NCBI GenBank assembly: GCA_019244185.1
Contig: JAFATB010000023.1
Span: forward strand, 224,001 to 288,000
Length of the DNA: 64,000 nt
Direction: 5' to 3'
From: Acidobacteriota bacterium
GTDB lineage: Bacteria; Acidobacteriota; Thermoanaerobaculia; Gp7-AA8
Shown here: piece by piece, positions 50,443 to 59,469 of the stretch
Layout: each line of letters starts with the position of its first letter
Numbering within the stretch: position 1 is the first letter of the stretch
Translations under genes and position numbers: made by a program
Notes under the pieces: generated by a model
What the model was told of the DNA's origin: nothing
Seen by the model: the letters and a program-made list of their open reading frames with translations, nothing else
Databases searched by the model: none

Positions 50443-51192
50443 TCACGCAAGCGCTTCGGCGAGAAAGCGCAGCCCCAGCGTCGTCCGCGTCCCGTGCCAC
50501 GTGAAGAGATGTCCGGGGAACGGACCGATGACGCGCGGACCGCGAATCGCACGCGCATCGTCTCCCGTGAAGAGGTACGGCTCGTCGGGCAGGAACACGA
50601 CGTCCGGCCGCAGCGCGAGCACGTCTTCGAGCGACAGCTGCGGATAGCGCGTGCGATCGCCGAGGATGTTGCGGCCGCCCGCGCGCGTGACGAGCTGTGA
50701 GACGTAGGTATCGCCGCCGCACCACATCCACGGCTGCTTCCAGATCGGCACCGCGAACGTGAACGCGCGTGACGGCAGCGCGCTCTCGGCGTCGCGCAGC
50801 TCGCGTACCAGCGCGTCCGCGCGTTCGCCGCGTCCGTGAATCGCGCCGAGCTGCGCGAGGAGCTCCGCGACGTCGTCGACGCTCTTTGGCTCGCTGACGA
50901 AGACGGGCGCGAACGCCTCGATCGCGTCGCCGTGGCGTTTCAGATTCTCCTCGAGGTTCATGTGCACGAGGTCGGGCGCGAGCGCGCGGATCTCGTCGAC
51001 GCGCGGGTTCTTCGTGCCGCCGACGCGCGGCAGCGCGAGAGCCGGCGGAAAGATGCAGAAGTCGGTGATGGCCACGACGTCGTCGCCCGCGCCGAGGTCG
51101 AAGAGCGTCTCCGTGATGGAAGGAACGAGCGACACCACGCGGCGCGGCGGCGCGTCGAGCGCGAGCGGAACTCCGCGGATGTCGCGAATCAT
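50443..51192 (-). CDS. Helical-backbone metal/cobalamin-binding protein (BtuF-like, no signal peptide)
   Basis: RVVSLVPSITE, VGGTKNP, EEN, IWKQPWM, PDEPY.F, FTWHG. Confidence 0.85.
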   Translation of the reverse strand: MIRDIRGVPLALDAPPRRVVSLVPSITETLFDLGAGDDVVAITDFCIFPPALALPRVGGTKNPRVDEIRALAPDLVHMNLEENLKRHGDAIEAFAPVFVSEPKSVDDVAELLAQLGAIHGRGERADALVRELRDAESALPSRAFTFAVPIWKQPWMWCGGDTYVSQLVTRAGGRNILGDRTRYPQLSLEDVLALRPDVVFLPDEPYLFTGDDARAIRGPRVIGPFPGHLFTWHGTRTTLGLRFLAEALA

Positions 51193-51225
51193 CGCCGCGA
51201 GAGTATCGTGCTCTCCTTCGCTTTG

Positions 51226-52602
51226 GTGACTCGTCTCGTTGCGTCGTTCCATCATCCGCGCGCGTGGCTCGTCGCGCTGATGGCCGCCGTGGCCGCCGCG
51301 CAGCTTTGGCTCGCGCATCACTTCGACGGCTTCCTCACCGGCGACGAAGTGGAAGTGTTGTCGGAGGCGTTCCGCGTCGCGACCGGCGCGCCGTACGGCC
51401 TCTGGAACGTGCGCTCCCGCTTCGTGCCGCAAGTCATCGCCGCGCCGCCGCTCGCGCTCTTCACGCACCTCGGCATTCACGATCCGTCGACGCTGATCTG
51501 GCTCGCGACGCTGCCGTTCGTCGCGGCGTCGGTCGTCACGATTCCGCTGGTGTATGCGCTGGCGAAGCGCTGGTCGGACGACGAGCTCGCCGCGCGCGCC
51601 GCGACGCTCCTGTTCGCGCTGCACTGGATTCCGCTCGGCTTCGGCGGCACGACGTATCCGCGCGTCGTTGCGATGGCGTGTCTCACCGCGGCGGCGTGGC
51701 TCGTCGCGCGGGAGACGAACCTCGCGTGCGTCGCCGCCGGCGCCTTCGCCGGCGTCGCGTTCGCCGACCGCTTCAGCGAGATCGTATTCGTGATTCCGCT
51801 CGCACTCGCCGCGCGGCGCCGCGGCGCGTACATCGTCGCGGGCTTCATCGCGAGCGCATCGCTCACCGTCGGCGCGTACGACTGGCTGACGTGGGGCGCG
51901 CCGTTCGCGAGCCTGCGCAACTTCGCGCGCGTGACGCTCGTGGTGCGCGACTTCTCGTCGCGCGTCAAAGTCCAGTCACCGCTCTGGTATCTCGAGACGC
52001 TGCCGCGCTGGTGCGCGCTGACGCTCGTGCCGTTCTTCTGGCGCGCGCGCCACCGCGACGCGTGGCTGTACGTCGTCATTCCGCTCGTCGTGCTCTCGTG
52101 CATCGCGCACAAGGAGCTGCGCTATCTGCAGTCGCTGATCCCGTTCCTCGCGATCCTCGGCGGACTCGGTTTCGCGTCGCTGCTGCGCACGCGTCCGCGC
52201 GTCGCGGCCGCGTTGCTCGCGCTGTCGCTGACGTGGAATCTCGTCGGCCTGCGTTTCGTCGAGCGCCGCTCGATGGCTGCCGTCGACGCCGCGCGTTTTC
52301 TTGGACGCGAGCCTTCGCTGCACACGCTCGCCATTCCGCAGGTCTGGGCGTTCGGTGACAAGCACTACCTCGGCCACGACCGCCGCGTCTTCGACATCGG
52401 TTCGCCGCCGCACGATCTCGCCGCGGCGCTCGATGCCTCCGATGCCGCCGCGATCTACGGCAGCGATCTGACGCCGGCCGTGCGCGCGGAGCTCGCGCAA
52501 CGCGGCTTCGCGCTGCGCGCCGTGTTCCGCCGCGCGCGTTCGCGCGACGTGGTGGTGTTCGTCAGAAGTCTTTCCGGTACTTCGGATCGAGCGCGTCGAT
52601 GA
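51226..52602 (+). CDS. GT-C fold membrane glycosyltransferase (Alg9/PIG-B-like mannosyltransferase)
   Basis: Multi-TM; GDEVE in the first loop; HKELRYL motif; start approximate. Confidence 0.72.
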   Translation: MTRLVASFHHPRAWLVALMAAVAAAQLWLAHHFDGFLTGDEVEVLSEAFRVATGAPYGLWNVRSRFVPQVIAAPPLALFTHLGIHDPSTLIWLATLPFVAASVVTIPLVYALAKRWSDDELAARAATLLFALHWIPLGFGGTTYPRVVAMACLTAAAWLVARETNLACVAAGAFAGVAFADRFSEIVFVIPLALAARRRGAYIVAGFIASASLTVGAYDWLTWGAPFASLRNFARVTLVVRDFSSRVKVQSPLWYLETLPRWCALTLVPFFWRARHRDAWLYVVIPLVVLSCIAHKELRYLQSLIPFLAILGGLGFASLLRTRPRVAAALLALSLTWNLVGLRFVERRSMAAVDAARFLGREPSLHTLAIPQVWAFGDKHYLGHDRRVFDIGSPPHDLAAALDASDAAAIYGSDLTPAVRAELAQRGFALRAVFRRARSRDVVVFVRSLSGTSDRARR

Positions 52603-53395
52603 GACCGTCGCCGAGGAAGTTGAGGCCCATCACCGCGAGCATGATCGCCGCGCCGGGGAAGATCGCGAGATGGTTCGCGAGACCGAGGTAGCGGCGGCCC
52701 GCGGTCAGCATCGCGCCCCACGACGGCGTCGGCGGCTGCACGCCGAGTCCGAGGAACGACAGCGAGGCCTCCGAGAGGATCGCGCCCGCGAGCCCGAGCG
52801 TGGCCATGACGATCACCGGATTGACCACGTTCGGCAGCACGTGCCGCACGATGACGCGCGGCGATTTCGCGCCGAGCGCTTTTGCCGCGGTCACGTACTC
52901 CATCTCGCGCACTTTCAGCACCTGGCCGCGCACGAGCCGCGCATATCCGACCCAGCCGATCGTCGCCAGCGCGAGGATGACGTTGTTGAGACTCGGGCCG
53001 AGCACCGCCACGAGCGCGATGGCGAGGAGGATGCCGGGAAACGCGAGCAGGATGTCGCAGATGCGCATGACGATGACGTCGGCGGCGCCGCCGAAGTATC
53101 CCGCGATCGCGCCGAGTGTCACGCCGAGGAGCGACGCGAGGATGACCACGCTGAAGCCGACGCGCAGCGACACGCGCGCGCCCCACACGATGCGCGAGAG
53201 CACGTCGCGCCCGAGATCGTCGAGGCCGAGGAGATGTTCGTGCGACGGCGCTTCCAGCCGCCGCGACGTGTCCTGCACGTCCGGGTCGTACGGCGAGAGC
53301 AGCGGCGCCGCGAGCGCGGCGAGCACCAGCAGCACCGTCAGCACGAGGCCGAACGTGAACGCGAAGTTGCGCAGTAGCCGCTTGAACCGCTTCAT
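52562..53395 (-). CDS. Peptide/nickel ABC transporter permease (DppC/OppC-like)
   Basis: HLLGLDDLGRDVLSR, EYVTAAKALGA, LSFLGLG, PSWG. Confidence 0.93.
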   Translation of the reverse strand: MKRFKRLLRNFAFTFGLVLTVLLVLAALAAPLLSPYDPDVQDTSRRLEAPSHEHLLGLDDLGRDVLSRIVWGARVSLRVGFSVVILASLLGVTLGAIAGYFGGAADVIVMRICDILLAFPGILLAIALVAVLGPSLNNVILALATIGWVGYARLVRGQVLKVREMEYVTAAKALGAKSPRVIVRHVLPNVVNPVIVMATLGLAGAILSEASLSFLGLGVQPPTPSWGAMLTAGRRYLGLANHLAIFPGAAIMLAVMGLNFLGDGLIDALDPKYRKDF

Positions 53396-54315
53396 TCGAG
53401 CTTGATCCTCGGGTCGACGACGCCGTACAGCAGATCCGAGAAGAAATTGACGAGGATGTACGTGAGCGCGATGACGAGGATCGACGCCTGCACCTGCGGA
53501 TAGTCGCGCGTCGTGATCGACTGCACGAGCAATCGTCCGAGTCCCGGCCACGAGAAGATCTGTTCCGTGATGATCGCGCCGGTGAGCAGCGATCCAAACT
53601 GCAGCGCGAGAATCGTGATCACCGGGATCAGCGCGTTCTTCAGCGCATGGCGGAAGATCGCCTTCGCGCGCGTCACGCCTTTCGCGATCGCCGTTGTGAC
53701 GTAGAGCTGGTTGAGCTCCTCCGCGAGGCTGACGCGGATCATGCGCGTGAGAATCGCCGCGAGCGCGAGTCCCATCGTCACCGACGGCAGCACGATCGAC
53801 TTGAAGCCTCCCTCGCGTCCGGATACGGGGAACCACGGATGGTTGATCGCGAACGCGATGATGAGCAGCGGCCCGAACCAGAAGCTCGGCATCGACACCC
53901 CGATCAGCGCGAAGAAGCGGGCGACGTTGTCGATCCACGAGTTTCGATAGATCGCGGAGATGATGCCGAGCGGAAACGCGACGAGCAGCGCGACCAGCAT
54001 CGAGCCGAGCGCGAGCTGGATCGTGGCCGGGTAGCGGTCGCGGATCTCTTTCGCGACGCTCGTGCCGGTGCGGAACGAGGTGCCGAGGTTGCCGTGCGCA
54101 AGATGGTCGAGATAGGTGATGTACTGCTTCCACAGCGGCTGATCGAGGCCGAGGGCCACGCGCACCGCGTGCACATCCTCGGGACGCGCGCCTTCGCCCG
54201 CGATCTGCACGGCCGGATCGCCGGGGATGAGGTGGATCAGCGAAAAGATCAGCGTCAGGATCCCGAGCGTAATCGGGATCATCTGCAGCAATCTGCGGAT
54301 GATGTACTGCGTCAT
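53392..54315 (-). CDS. Peptide/nickel ABC transporter permease (DppB/OppB-like)
   Basis: PGDPA, GLDQP, HALKNA, EQIFSWPGLG, RDYP. Confidence 0.93.
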   Translation of the reverse strand: MTQYIIRRLLQMIPITLGILTLIFSLIHLIPGDPAVQIAGEGARPEDVHAVRVALGLDQPLWKQYITYLDHLAHGNLGTSFRTGTSVAKEIRDRYPATIQLALGSMLVALLVAFPLGIISAIYRNSWIDNVARFFALIGVSMPSFWFGPLLIIAFAINHPWFPVSGREGGFKSIVLPSVTMGLALAAILTRMIRVSLAEELNQLYVTTAIAKGVTRAKAIFRHALKNALIPVITILALQFGSLLTGAIITEQIFSWPGLGRLLVQSITTRDYPQVQASILVIALTYILVNFFSDLLYGVVDPRIKLE

Positions 54316-54405
54316 CGGATCGAGTTCACCCTGAGCAACGCGAAGAGTCTCCGGTGCAGCAGCGATGAGCGTGCCACATTCGGCGCCGTAGATCCCTCGG
54401 TGCGG

Positions 54406-55773
54406 TCACGATGAACTTCCTCTCTCCTGTTTTCCCGTGATCGTCCAGCCGCGGATCTTCGCCACCGGCGCGCGCGTGCCGCCGAACATGTTGTACCAGG
54501 TGCCGACGGTGCGGCGCTCGCGCGAGAGCGATTCGACGTTCGCCAGCGCCTCGACCATCGACTGCGTCCAGCGCAGGTTCGGCAGCCGCGCCACGACTTC
54601 GCCGTCGCGGATGAGGAACGTGCCGTCGCGCGTGGTGCCGGTCATGAGCGCGGTCTTCGGCTCGAGCAGGCCGTTGACGTAGTTGAAGCGCGTCACCCAG
54701 ATGCCGTGCTTCGTGGAGCGGATCATCTCCTCGCGCGTGGCGTCGCCGCCGGACATCGACAAATGAAACGCCGCGCCGTGCTCGGACGAGCCGAGCGACC
54801 ACGCGTTCGCGGTCGGCTGCATGCCGAGGCGGTCGGCCCACGTCTTGTCGAGCACCGGCGTGCGGAGTACGCCGTTCTCGATGAGCGCTACGCGCCGCTT
54901 CGGCAGCCCTTCCATGTCGAAGGGGAAGGGGAGGAAGCCTGCGTCGAGCGAGTCGTCGGCGATGGTGACGTTCGTACCGAGGAGTTGTTTGCCGAGGTTG
55001 CCGACGAAGAAGGACGAGCCGTCCTCGAACGACTGGCCGGTGAACGCGATCATGTTCATCCAGTCGAAGACTTCCGCGAGCGCGGGCGGTTCGAGGATGA
55101 CGTCGTATGCGCCGGGCGCGAGGTCTTCGCTGCGATCGGTGCAGAGCGTGGCCTTGAGCGTGGCTTCGTCGCCGAGCGCCGCGAGATCGAGCTGCGACGC
55201 GCGCAACGCGCGTTGCGTGGCATAGCCGGATCCGTGCGCGCCGATCGCGATGACGGTGGCGTCGTTGAACGTGGTGCGCGCGAAGCGGCGGACGCCGTGC
55301 GTGTTCCCGGCGGCGACGCTGACCGCGCCCGTCGCGTGCGCGCCGGCGAACTCGATGTGATGCTCGCGTCCGCGATCGAACATCGCACGCAACGCGGTGG
55401 CTTTCTGCGCCGGCGCGATCGAGGCCGTGGCGTCGTCGAACGAGTCGATTTCGGGGAGCGGCTCGTTGTCGCGATAGAGGCCGCGGAAGCCGGGCACCGG
55501 CTGCGAGTGCCGCGCCGCTTCGCGCGCGAGCTCGGCCGTGCGCGCGATCTCGTCCGCGTCGAAGCTCGTCGTCGTCGCGACGCCCATCGCGTTGTTCACG
55601 ATCACGCGCAGCGTCAGCGACGCGCTCTCCTCCGACATGTTCTGGTGGAGCTGCGAGTTCGCGAAGCGGGAGATGTTCTGGTCGACGGCGACGTACGCGG
55701 CATCGGCCTCGTTCGCATGCGCTGCGTCGAGCGCGCGGGCAATGACGTCCAGAGCAAAGCGCTCGTCGTTCAT
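54406..55773 (-). CDS. TldE/PmbA-family protein
   Basis: RFANSQLHQN, PGAYDVILEP, PFDMEG, TGTTRDG, NLRW; no HExxH; coupled to tldD. Confidence 0.88.
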   Translation of the reverse strand: MNDERFALDVIARALDAAHANEADAAYVAVDQNISRFANSQLHQNMSEESASLTLRVIVNNAMGVATTTSFDADEIARTAELAREAARHSQPVPGFRGLYRDNEPLPEIDSFDDATASIAPAQKATALRAMFDRGREHHIEFAGAHATGAVSVAAGNTHGVRRFARTTFNDATVIAIGAHGSGYATQRALRASQLDLAALGDEATLKATLCTDRSEDLAPGAYDVILEPPALAEVFDWMNMIAFTGQSFEDGSSFFVGNLGKQLLGTNVTIADDSLDAGFLPFPFDMEGLPKRRVALIENGVLRTPVLDKTWADRLGMQPTANAWSLGSSEHGAAFHLSMSGGDATREEMIRSTKHGIWVTRFNYVNGLLEPKTALMTGTTRDGTFLIRDGEVVARLPNLRWTQSMVEALANVESLSRERRTVGTWYNMFGGTRAPVAKIRGWTITGKQERGSSS

Positions 55774-57206
55774 CCCATCTCCACGTTGCGGAACCGCGCG
55801 GCCGGCGCGCCGTGCGCGACGCGCATGGTCTGCATCGGATCGCCTTTGCCGCAGTTCGGCAGGCCCCAGATCTGCCACGAGGCGCGGTCGCCGACGGCGT
55901 CGCACGAGCGCCAGAAGTCCGGTGTGTTGCCGGTGTAGAGCGGGTTTTTCAGCAGCCGCGTGAGTCGCCCGTTCTCGATCTCCCACGCGACCTCGCAGCC
56001 GAACTGGAAGTTGAGCCGCAGGTCGTCGATCGACCACGACTTGTTCGTCTCGACGAAGATGCCGCGCTTCGTGTCGGCGATGAGATCCGCGAGCGGCGTC
56101 GTGCCCGGCTCGAGGTTGATGTTGGTCATGCGGATGATCGGGATGCGCGCCGCGGTCTCGGCGCGGACGGTGCCGTTCGAGACGCGGCCGAGGAACGGCG
56201 CGGTGTCGCGGCCGGTGAGATAGTCAACGAACGTACCATCGCGCACGAGGTGGAAGCGCTGGGCGGGCACGCCGTCGTCGTCGAACGCGAACGAGCCGAT
56301 CGAGCCGGGGATGGTGGCGTCGGCGACGATGTTCACGAGGTCGGAACCGTAGCGGAAATGCCCGAGCATCTGCGGCTGGAGGAACGAGCCACCCGCCAGC
56401 GAGATCTCCAGTCCCATCGCGCGATCGAGCTCGGTCGGATGGCCGCACGACTCGTGAACCTGCAACGCGAGCTGCGCGCTGCCGACGATGAGGTCGAAGC
56501 GCCCGGCCGGTGCTTTGGATGCGGCGAGGAGTTGCAGCGCCTCGTCGCGGATCTCCAATGCTTTCTTCGGCAGATCGAGCCGCTCGATGAACTCCCATCC
56601 TTCGGCCTGAAAGTCGCCGCCGAACGGATTGGGATACGTCCGCCGCTGGAACTCCCCCTCGTCGATGGCCACGGCTTCGATGCCGCCGCCCATCTGCGTC
56701 GTGGTCTGCTCGATGAAGCTGCCGATCGTCGAGGCGAAGACTTTCTCCTGGCGATAGCAGGAGATGTCGCCCGAGACCTGATGGATGCGCGGATCGCCGC
56801 GCATCGGCTCGGTCGCGTTCATCAGATGCTCGAGCTTCTTCTCGATCGGCACCGACCACGGATCGATCTCGTAATGCGACTCCCACCGCGCCACGTGCGG
56901 CTCGACGTCGCTGAGCGTGATGATCTGCGTCGAGGCGAGATTGCTCGCCGCCGCGACTTCGAGCGCGCGCCGCGCCGTACGCCGGATCGTCTCTTCCGAA
57001 ACGTCGCTCGTCGCCGCGAACCCCCAGCCATTCCCGACCAGCACGCGCACGCCCACCGCGCGATCGACGGTCGAGGCGAGATGATCGACCTCGCCGTTGC
57101 GCACTTTCACGTCCTGCGCGTGCGTGGCCGTGTAGCGGACGTCCGCGTACCGCACGTCGCCCAGCGATCGAAGAACATCCTCCAACTGCGCCCGCTCCGG
57201 TGTCAT
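55770..57206 (-). CDS. tldD: TldD-family metalloprotease
   Basis: HESCGHPTELDR, DDDG, RMTN, SIDDLRLNFQFG, NCGKG. Confidence 0.92.
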   Translation of the reverse strand: MTPERAQLEDVLRSLGDVRYADVRYTATHAQDVKVRNGEVDHLASTVDRAVGVRVLVGNGWGFAATSDVSEETIRRTARRALEVAAASNLASTQIITLSDVEPHVARWESHYEIDPWSVPIEKKLEHLMNATEPMRGDPRIHQVSGDISCYRQEKVFASTIGSFIEQTTTQMGGGIEAVAIDEGEFQRRTYPNPFGGDFQAEGWEFIERLDLPKKALEIRDEALQLLAASKAPAGRFDLIVGSAQLALQVHESCGHPTELDRAMGLEISLAGGSFLQPQMLGHFRYGSDLVNIVADATIPGSIGSFAFDDDGVPAQRFHLVRDGTFVDYLTGRDTAPFLGRVSNGTVRAETAARIPIIRMTNINLEPGTTPLADLIADTKRGIFVETNKSWSIDDLRLNFQFGCEVAWEIENGRLTRLLKNPLYTGNTPDFWRSCDAVGDRASWQIWGLPNCGKGDPMQTMRVAHGAPAARFRNVEMG

Positions 57207-57244
57207 GGGCCGGCGATTATAGAATTGCCGCGACAGGCTTCCTC

Positions 57245-57535
57245 ATGGGCATCGACGAAATCCTCGGCGACAAACGCGAAGAGATCCTCCGGATCGCCAA
57301 GAAACACGGCGTGACGAGCATCCGCGTGTTCGGATCGGTCGCGCGCGGGGAGGCGGGGCCGGAGAGCGATGTGGACTTTCTCGTGGAGATCGGCGACTGG
57401 ATCAGCCCTTGGTTTCCTGCGGGGCTGATTCTCGATCTGGAGGAACTGCTCGGGCGCCGTGTCGATGTGGCCACGCCGAAGGGGTTGCACTGGTACATCA
57501 AGGATCGCGTGCTCGCGGAGGCGGTCGGGTTGTGA
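57245..57535 (+). CDS. Minimal nucleotidyltransferase (MntA antitoxin), copy 1
   Basis: FGSVARGE...SDVD (GSX10DXD). Confidence 0.9.
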   Translation: MGIDEILGDKREEILRIAKKHGVTSIRVFGSVARGEAGPESDVDFLVEIGDWISPWFPAGLILDLEELLGRRVDVATPKGLHWYIKDRVLAEAVGL

Positions 57536-57870
57536 AGGAGCACGACGACCGGTTTTACCTGCAGCACATGCGGACGTGCATCGCCAACATCGAGGACGAC
57601 ACGTCGCGCGGTCGCGCGGAGTTCGAGCAAAACCGCACGGAGCGCGACGCGGTCATGCGCAATCTGCAACTGCTCGCGGAGTCCTCGATGCGGCTCTCCG
57701 ATGAGACTCGTGCGCGTTTCCCGGATGTCGAATGGCGCCAGATGCGCAAGTTCCGCAACGTCGTCGTGCACGACTACACCGACATCGACTACGACGTGAT
57801 CTGGCTCATCGTCTCCCAACACGTCCCGGCACTGAAGCCGCAGATCGAGCGCATGTTGAAGGAGTTGTGA
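57532..57870 (+). CDS. HEPN/DUF86 (HepT-like) RNase toxin, copy 1
   Basis: RNVVVHDY (RX4HXY); GTGA overlap with the MNT stop. Confidence 0.9.
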   Translation: MKEHDDRFYLQHMRTCIANIEDDTSRGRAEFEQNRTERDAVMRNLQLLAESSMRLSDETRARFPDVEWRQMRKFRNVVVHDYTDIDYDVIWLIVSQHVPALKPQIERMLKEL

Positions 57871-57906
57871 GGCGAGAGGCGCAGGCGCGGAACGTAGAAT
57901 GGCGCC

Positions 57907-58197
57907 ATGGGCATCGACGAAATCCTCGGCGACAAACGCGAAGAGATCCTCCGCATCGCCAAGAAACACGGCGTGACCAGCATTCGCGTGTTCGGCTCGG
58001 TGGCGCGTGGGGAGGCGGGGCCGGAGAGCGATGTGGACTTTCTGATCGACGCCGGCGCCGAGGTCACGCCGTGGTTCCCCGGAAGCCTCGTCGCCGACCT
58101 GCAGGAGTTGCTCGGACGCGAGGTCGATGTGGTGGAGACGGTCGCGCTGCATCAGCGACTGAAGCCGTACGTGCTCGCGGAGGCGGTCCCGCTTTGA
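57907..58197 (+). CDS. Minimal nucleotidyltransferase (MntA antitoxin), copy 2
   Basis: First 46 aa identical to copy 1; GSX10DXD. Confidence 0.9.
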   Translation: MGIDEILGDKREEILRIAKKHGVTSIRVFGSVARGEAGPESDVDFLIDAGAEVTPWFPGSLVADLQELLGREVDVVETVALHQRLKPYVLAEAVPL

Positions 58198-58529
58198 CGC
58201 GCGATCCGCGCGTCTACGTGGAGCATGTCGCGGCGGCAATCGCGCTGATCGAACGCTGGACGAGCAGCGGACGTGAGTCGTTCCTGCGCGATGAGCTCCT
58301 GCAGTCCGCGGTCATTCGCAAGCTGCACGAGCTCGCGGAATCCATCCAGCGACTCGAGCCGCTCGTCAGCGCGCGTTATCCGGACGTGCCATGGCGCGAC
58401 GTGGTTGCATTCCGGCACGTCATCGTGCACGACTATCTCGGCCTGAACGTCGACCGCATCTGGCTCATCGTCTCCCAACACGTCCCGGCACTGAAGCCGC
58501 AGATCGAGCGCATGTTGAACGAGTTGTGA
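58194..58529 (+). CDS. HEPN/DUF86 (HepT-like) RNase toxin, copy 2
   Basis: RHVIVHDY; TTGA overlap with the MNT stop. Confidence 0.88.
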   Translation: MTRDPRVYVEHVAAAIALIERWTSSGRESFLRDELLQSAVIRKLHELAESIQRLEPLVSARYPDVPWRDVVAFRHVIVHDYLGLNVDRIWLIVSQHVPALKPQIERMLNEL

Positions 58530-58545
58530 GGCGAGAGGCGCAACC

Positions 58546-59469
58546 ATGAAGATTCTGGTCACGGGCGGGGCGGGGTTCATCGCCTCGCATGTCGTCGACG
58601 GGTATGTCGCGCGCGGTCATGACGTCACGGTCGTCGATGATCTGAGCAGCGGGCGGCGGGAGAACGTCAATCCGCGGGCGGAGCTGGTCGTGGCGGATCT
58701 GCGCGATCCGCGCACGGTCGAGCAGTTGCGTGGGCGGGGGTTCGACCTCGTCAATCATCATGCGGCGCAGATCGACGTGCGCGTGTCGGTGGCCGATCCG
58801 GCGGCGGATGCGGAGCTGAACATCGTCGCGGCGTTGCGGCTCTTTCAGGCGCTCATCGACGAGGGGCCGCGGAAGATCGTGTTCGCGTCGAGCGGCGGGG
58901 CGGCGTACGGCGAGCCGCAATACGCGCCGCAGGACGAGCGGCATCCGGTCGCCCCGATCTCGCCGTACGGCTGCGCGAAGGCGGCCATCGACTCGTATCT
59001 CTACTACTACCGCATGGTGCACGGCGTGCGCGCGGTGTCGCTGCGCTACGGCAACGTCTACGGGCCGCGGCAGCGCAAGGACGGCGAGGCGGGCGTCATC
59101 GCGATCTTCGCGGGCTTGCTCCTCGACGGCCAGCGGCCGCGCATCAACGGCACCGGCGAGCAGACGCGCGACTACGTGTTCGTCGAAGACGTCATGCGCG
59201 CGAACATGGCCGCGTCGGAGCTCGACCTCGACGGCATCTTCAACGTCGGTACCGGCGTCGAGGTGTCGGTCAACACGCTGTACGACGAGCTGCGCAACGC
59301 GATTGGCGTCGACCTCGACGCGGAGCACGGTCCCGCGAAAGCGGGCGAGCAGATGCGCAGCGTGCTCGATGGGACGAAGCTGCGGACAGTGGCGAAGCTG
59401 CCGGAGCCGGTGAAGCTCGACGAAGGTCTGCGCCGCACCGTGGAGTGGCTACGCTCGGCTGCTCGCTAA
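58546..59469 (+). CDS. NAD-dependent epimerase (UDP-glucose 4-epimerase-like)
   Basis: TGGAGFIASH, SSGGA, YGCAK, RYGNVYGPRQ. Confidence 0.92.
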   Translation: MKILVTGGAGFIASHVVDGYVARGHDVTVVDDLSSGRRENVNPRAELVVADLRDPRTVEQLRGRGFDLVNHHAAQIDVRVSVADPAADAELNIVAALRLFQALIDEGPRKIVFASSGGAAYGEPQYAPQDERHPVAPISPYGCAKAAIDSYLYYYRMVHGVRAVSLRYGNVYGPRQRKDGEAGVIAIFAGLLLDGQRPRINGTGEQTRDYVFVEDVMRANMAASELDLDGIFNVGTGVEVSVNTLYDELRNAIGVDLDAEHGPAKAGEQMRSVLDGTKLRTVAKLPEPVKLDEGLRRTVEWLRSAAR

